DNA of 64,000 nt from the human T2T-CHM13v2.0 reference genome, Homo sapiens, in NCBI RefSeq assembly GCF_009914755.1, contig NC_060928.1; one strand, 5' to 3'. The notes under the pieces were generated by a model that ran no database searches, was not told the DNA's origin, and saw only the letters and a program-made list of their open reading frames with translations. Position numbers and translations under genes: made by a program. Positions 58,561 through 64,000 of the stretch are shown piece by piece (positions within the stretch are counted from its first letter, which is position 1; each line of letters opens with the position of its first letter).

Positions 58561-59914
58561 AATGTAAAAATCAATATTTAGTTACTGGAAAACTTTTAAG
58601 TGTGGTTGGAAATGGTATACGAACTTTTTCAACTGAATTTTATGAAGTCTAATCACAGGTAAAGGTTTTCTGATGAAAATTTAGTGTCTGAATTGAGATA
58701 TACTGTAAAAAATGTTATATATCTTAATTATTTCTTCACATTAATTACATGTTGAAATAATACTTTGGGTGTATTGGGTTAAATTAAATATTATGAAAAT
58801 CTTGCCTGTTTTCTTTTTACTTTTGATGCGTCAGCTAGGAAATATAAAAGTGTAGCTCACATTCTGTTTCTGTTGACAGTACTGCTTTGGAGCACAGTGT
58901 TTGAATGATCTATCATTTCAAAGACCTTTCCTCAGTTCGTTATTCATGGCTGTCTGTATTCCACATAGATAAGGTCTGAAATACTGCTAAGTGGCATGTT
59001 TTGTTTTATGCTTTTATAAGTTTGTTGATCATTACTGATGTGGACTTTTGGTGCCTCTTAGGCTCATTGCTATCTTCCAACCATTGTTTGCAATTTTTAC
59101 CTAGAGATAAAGAGAAAGAGACATTTGGTTTCAGAGTAGTTAGATTGGGATCATGAAAGAGCAACCTCATTTTGATGCTTCAAAAATAGCACATCCCCCG
59201 TATTACTGGGATTTGCTATTCTTGGGATTACTTCAAGAACATCCTTGTGTTACTGGTTTGGATGCTTCTGAATGCTGTGAAGTCAGTTTCATGTACATGG
59301 CTCATCAGTTTAGCTCTCTCTTGGCTTTGTTTAGACAGTTGGAGCATGATGGCCTAAACAGCTTCTTTCAATTAAACATTTTAAAATAGTTTACAAATAG
59401 TAAACAAACTCCAGTTTTTGTGACTCTTTGTCTCGCACAACAAAAACACAATCTGACCATGATCATCTGGCATCTTAGGGTGAAATATGGTTATACTTTG
59501 GCCCATACCGAAAGCAAGATTAAAAAGGGGCAGGAGAGATAGACTGCTGAACTGATTTTCAAGGTTCCAAGAATATTGTAGGTTAAGAGTAAAAGTAAAC
59601 TTTTGGTAGAAAGCAGTGGGTTGTCTAGGATTGAAGTATCTGAAGTTTTTAAACGAAAATTTAAAAAGAAAAATGAGAATTGCCTTACAAGTACAATCTC
59701 TTCTTTTTTAAAAAATAAACTTTATTTTGAAATAGTTTTAGATTTATAGAAAAAAATTAGATAGGGTAGGAAGTTTTCATATACCCTACATCCAGTTACC
59801 CCAGTTATTATCATCCTAATTTAGTGTGAGACATTTTCATGTTTAATGAATCAATATTGATATGCTATTAACTTAAGTCCAGACTTTATTCAGATTTTCT
59901 TAATTTCTATGTAA

Positions 59915-60190
<276 letters not shown>

Positions 60191-60269
60191 TAGGCTGAGA
60201 GAAGAAGCGATCATTGAGTGTTCTTCTGTTTTGAGTCCCTGAGGATGTCTGCACTTTTTTCCTTTCTGA

Positions 60270-60734
60270 TGTATGGTTTGGAGGTGCTCTGTTGTATGGT
60301 TTGGAGGTGCTCTGTTGTATGGTTTGGAGGTGCTCTATTGTATGGTTTGGAGGTGCTCTGTTGTATGGTTTGGAGGTGCTCTTGTATGGTTTGGAGGTGC
60401 TCTTGTATGGTTTGGAGGTGCTCTGTTGTATGGTTTGGAGGTGGTCTTGTATGGTTTGCAGGTGCTCTATTGCATGGTTTGCAGGTGCTCTATTGTATGG
60501 TTTGGAAGTGCTCTTGTATGGTTTGGAGGTGCTCTTGTATGGTTTGGAGATGCTCTATTGTATGGTTTGCAGGTGCTCTATTGTATGGTTTGGAAGTGCT
60601 CTTGTATGGTTTGGAGGTGCTCTTGTATGGTTTGGAGGTGCTCTGTTGTATGGTTTGGAGGTGCTCTGTTGTATGGTTTGGAGGTGCTCTTGTATGGTTT
60701 GGAGGTGCTCTATTGTATGGTTTGGAGATGCTCT
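60270..60734. repeat. 21/23-bp minisatellite, 21 units, in HTT intron 3
   Basis: Unit TGTATGGTTTGGAGGTGCTCT with optional GT/AT, counted unit by unit. Confidence 0.95.
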
Positions 60735-61494
60735 GGTATCTGCCTGCATTGCTTGCCACACCTGCCCGGTCAGAAGGCGCTATGTTGACAATTGTGCCTG
60801 CACGGTGCCTAGGTCAATGAAGGGAACCGATGGTAGCCACTGGATGCTCCTGGGAAAATGTCACTACAGGCACCAGAGAAGCCAGAGCTATGCCCAAATT
60901 TCTATGAGTCTCAGTTTTCTTAACCATAAAATGGGATCAATGTTTTTGTGGCATGTGTATGAGTGTGTGTCTGTGTATGTGTGAGGATTAAATTGTGTAT
61001 GTGTGAGGACTAATTGCCACTACTGGATCCTCAAAGTGGTAAGAAGTGTTCTTATTAATAATGACATCCTTACACTCTTACCCAGCAAGATTGATGGGTG
61101 TGGCACTGCTTCTCTTTTTCCATCACATGGTTTCCATGGTATCCTTTTGCCCAGGGAATCTTTGCTTTGTGGCTAGCACTTTGTTGTTTGGCTAATCACG
61201 CTTTCTGTGGTCAGGACGCTGGCTTCTCTGGAGCCATGGGATTCTAGCTCCCTGTCTTGTCCCTAGAGTGGTCACTGTCTTCTCTCTCCGCTTGCAATTC
61301 CTGCTTTGCTCGCATCTCACTTATGCAGTGACGTATATCAGTTTCACCTTGTTCTCCGTGCCTGCTGATCATTGGCACCACTTGCATGGTGCCATTTAGG
61401 GCCTGCTTCCAGTTAAGCTTGCTTCTCCACAGGCCTAAATATCCTTGCTTGCTTCTTTTATTCTCACTGGCAGGACCAGGGCGGTCTGTCTTTG

Positions 61495-61825
<331 letters not shown>

Positions 61826-64000
61826 TAAAAAGAGGGCTATCCCAGGTTGCCTTGGTTCATGGCAAATGGGACGTTAAGAGGGCAGAGAGAATATGAACAG
61901 AAACTGTTCTAATATTGGTCATTTAATGTGTAAGTATTGTTCTTTTTTAAACCTCCTTCATTTTTTTTCCAGGAATTGCTGGACACAGTGGCTTGGTGTG
62001 TGTCTGAGGACTGTAGGCCATGGCCCTAGGTTGTGGTTTTAGGTCTCAGGTGCTCTTCCTGGCTGTCTCCTTGCTTCTTTCCCATGTCCTCTTCTTTGTT
62101 TCCAGCCATTTCTCCCTTATGCTTAAGTTTGGTGCAGCAGGGTTTGGCTGCTCTCAGATTCCTGCTTCCTCAGATGCTGTAGTTGTCAGGCCCAGCGGGC
62201 TGGCAGCGGGATCAGGATCTGGCTAGGTTTGCTCTCACTGTGGCAGAGTAGGGGGAGGCGTGGGAGAGCACGTGTGACCCCAGGCCAGCTGTAGGGAGCA
62301 TAGGCATGGTCACGTAGCCTTCAGGTCCTAGACTTTGTCTTCTCATGAGTATGGCTGTGTGTGTATGGTGAAAACTAGGTTCTACTTAGCCCAAGAAAAT
62401 GGGCACATTTTGCATGTGGTTTCTGTAGAGAAATGCACTGGGTATCTGACATAGCCTGGCAGCATGCCTCCCTCAGGTAGGTTAGTCTCAGGCGGTGAAG
62501 CACGTGTGTCCAGCAAGAACTTCATATGTGGCATAAAGTCTCCGTTCTGTGAGGTGCTGGCAAATCACCACCACCGTCAAGAGGCTGAAGTGATTTTTGT
62601 CTAGGGAGGCAGGAAAGGCTTCCTGGAGTCAGCAGCCAGTAGGTGAAAGAGTAGATTGGAGACCTTCTTAATCATCACCGCCTCTTGTCTCAAGGGGTGC
62701 CAGGAAGCTGTGGAGGCTGAACCCATCTTATGCTGCCAGAGAGTGGGACACCATGAGGGTCAGGTCAAGGGGTTGTACCTTGTTTGGTAGAGAATTAGGG
62801 GCTCTTGAAGACTTTGGATGTGGTCAGGGGAGTGTATCATTTAGGAAGAGTGACCCGGTGAGGACGTGGGGTAGAGGAGGACAGGTGGGAGGGAGTCCAG
62901 GTGGGAGTGAGTAGACCCAGCAGGAGTGCAGGGCCTCGAGCCAGGATGGTGGCAGGGCTGTGAGGAGAGGCAGCCACCTGTGTGTCTGCGGAAGCAGGGG
63001 CAAGAGGGAAGAGGCCAGCAGCGTGCTGCCATCACCCAGCGACTGGCGTAGATTGTGAGAGACCATTCCCTGCTCTTAGGAGGGGCTGAGTTTTAGTTTT
63101 CTCTTGTTATACAATAAGCTTGGTATTTGTTTACAAAACATTTGTAAAGCTAAATCAAGGTTTGATAAGGCTTCTAGTTTTATTTAAGAAGTAATGTTGA
63201 AATAAATGTTTGTCCAATTCGCTTTGCTCATTTAAGGACTTTCAGTACAAACTGCAACAACAGGATTAGGATTTAAACGTTTCTGAGATGTTTTTACTCC
63301 TCAGAATTTCCCAGAATGTGATCTGGTTTTGATTTTCAAGCTTGCTGACCCAATAGGTTAACCCACAAGTTTTACGAAGACCATCTCAGTCCACTTACAT
63401 CAACTGCCCATGCCACGGTTAAAGAGATCATCGACTGATGTTTGGCACAGCTTCCTCCCTCTTGGGTGGGCAAGCATTTGGAAGAGAAGGCTCCTATGGG
63501 TGAGAGTGGGGCACCAAAGTCTTCCCTGTCCCATCCCCTAGCTTGAGAAGCCCTTCTCTAATGTGGACTTTGTGCCGTTAGCATCGTTACTAGCTTGAAG
63601 TTGACCATCTGGACGTACTTTCTGGTTTAGCCTCACAAGTGAGCAAGGAGGGTTGAGAGATGTGCTGTGAGGAATGTGGGGCCCCAGCTGGCAGCAGGCT
63701 CTGGGTCAGGGGGGCAGGGACCACGGGCATACCTGACAGTGAGGAGGGGCCACACCTGCAGAAAAGGATGCAGGACTCCGCCTTGGGAAGTGTTCTAGGC
63801 CAGAGCGAGGGTCTGTGGTTTATAAGTACACCCACAGTGCTCGGGACCCTGCAGATGTCCAGGGTGCCGTCTGAGCCCGTATCATCCAACAGAATGTTCT
63901 GCTAGTGAAGATTAAAGATTTACTCCAGGGGCTTTAGGATTTATTATATATATATAAATCCTATATATATAATTTTTTTTTTTTTTTTTTTTTGAGATGG

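Noticed and set aside
60270-60734. CRISPR-like regular repeat array
   Set aside because: Head-to-tail tandem units with no unique spacers, no cas genes, human intron.
60218-60984. Long ORFs of 171-230 aa with repeating MVWRCS/YGLEVL
   Set aside because: They are translations of the stop-poor minisatellite in all three frames.

Overview
Human genomic DNA from chromosome 4p16.3, the GRK4-HTT (huntingtin) locus. On the + strand: the last coding exon of GRK4 (1260-1313), ~33 kb of retroelement-dense intergenic DNA, then the HTT CpG-island promoter and HTT exons 1-3 (35553-35842, 47689-47772, 60025-60145). The exon 1 repeat reads (CAG)28-CAA-CAG-CCG-CCA-(CCG)7-(CCT)2, an intermediate-range allele. 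The intergenic DNA holds a two-LTR MER57-type provirus with an intact tRNA-Leu primer site, two MER41 LTRs that each keep tandem STAT1 GAS motifs, an LTR13 with a CTCF motif, a U6 pseudogene and nested repeats. The least expected structures are: (i) an apparent ~3.7 kb Alu-Alu recombination inversion inside the provirus, shown by swapped target-site duplications (TSDs); (ii) an antisense SVA in intron 2 with two poly(A) tails enclosing a 27-nt 3' transduction; (iii) an inverted Alu pair just upstream of the proximal HTT1a cryptic poly(A) signal; (iv) a 21/23-bp minisatellite beside the exon 3 donor. Most ORF-track entries are Alu or repeat artefacts. Repeat subfamily names come from recalled consensus sequences, not a database search, and repeat boundaries are approximate. 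I see no wholly new gene system.
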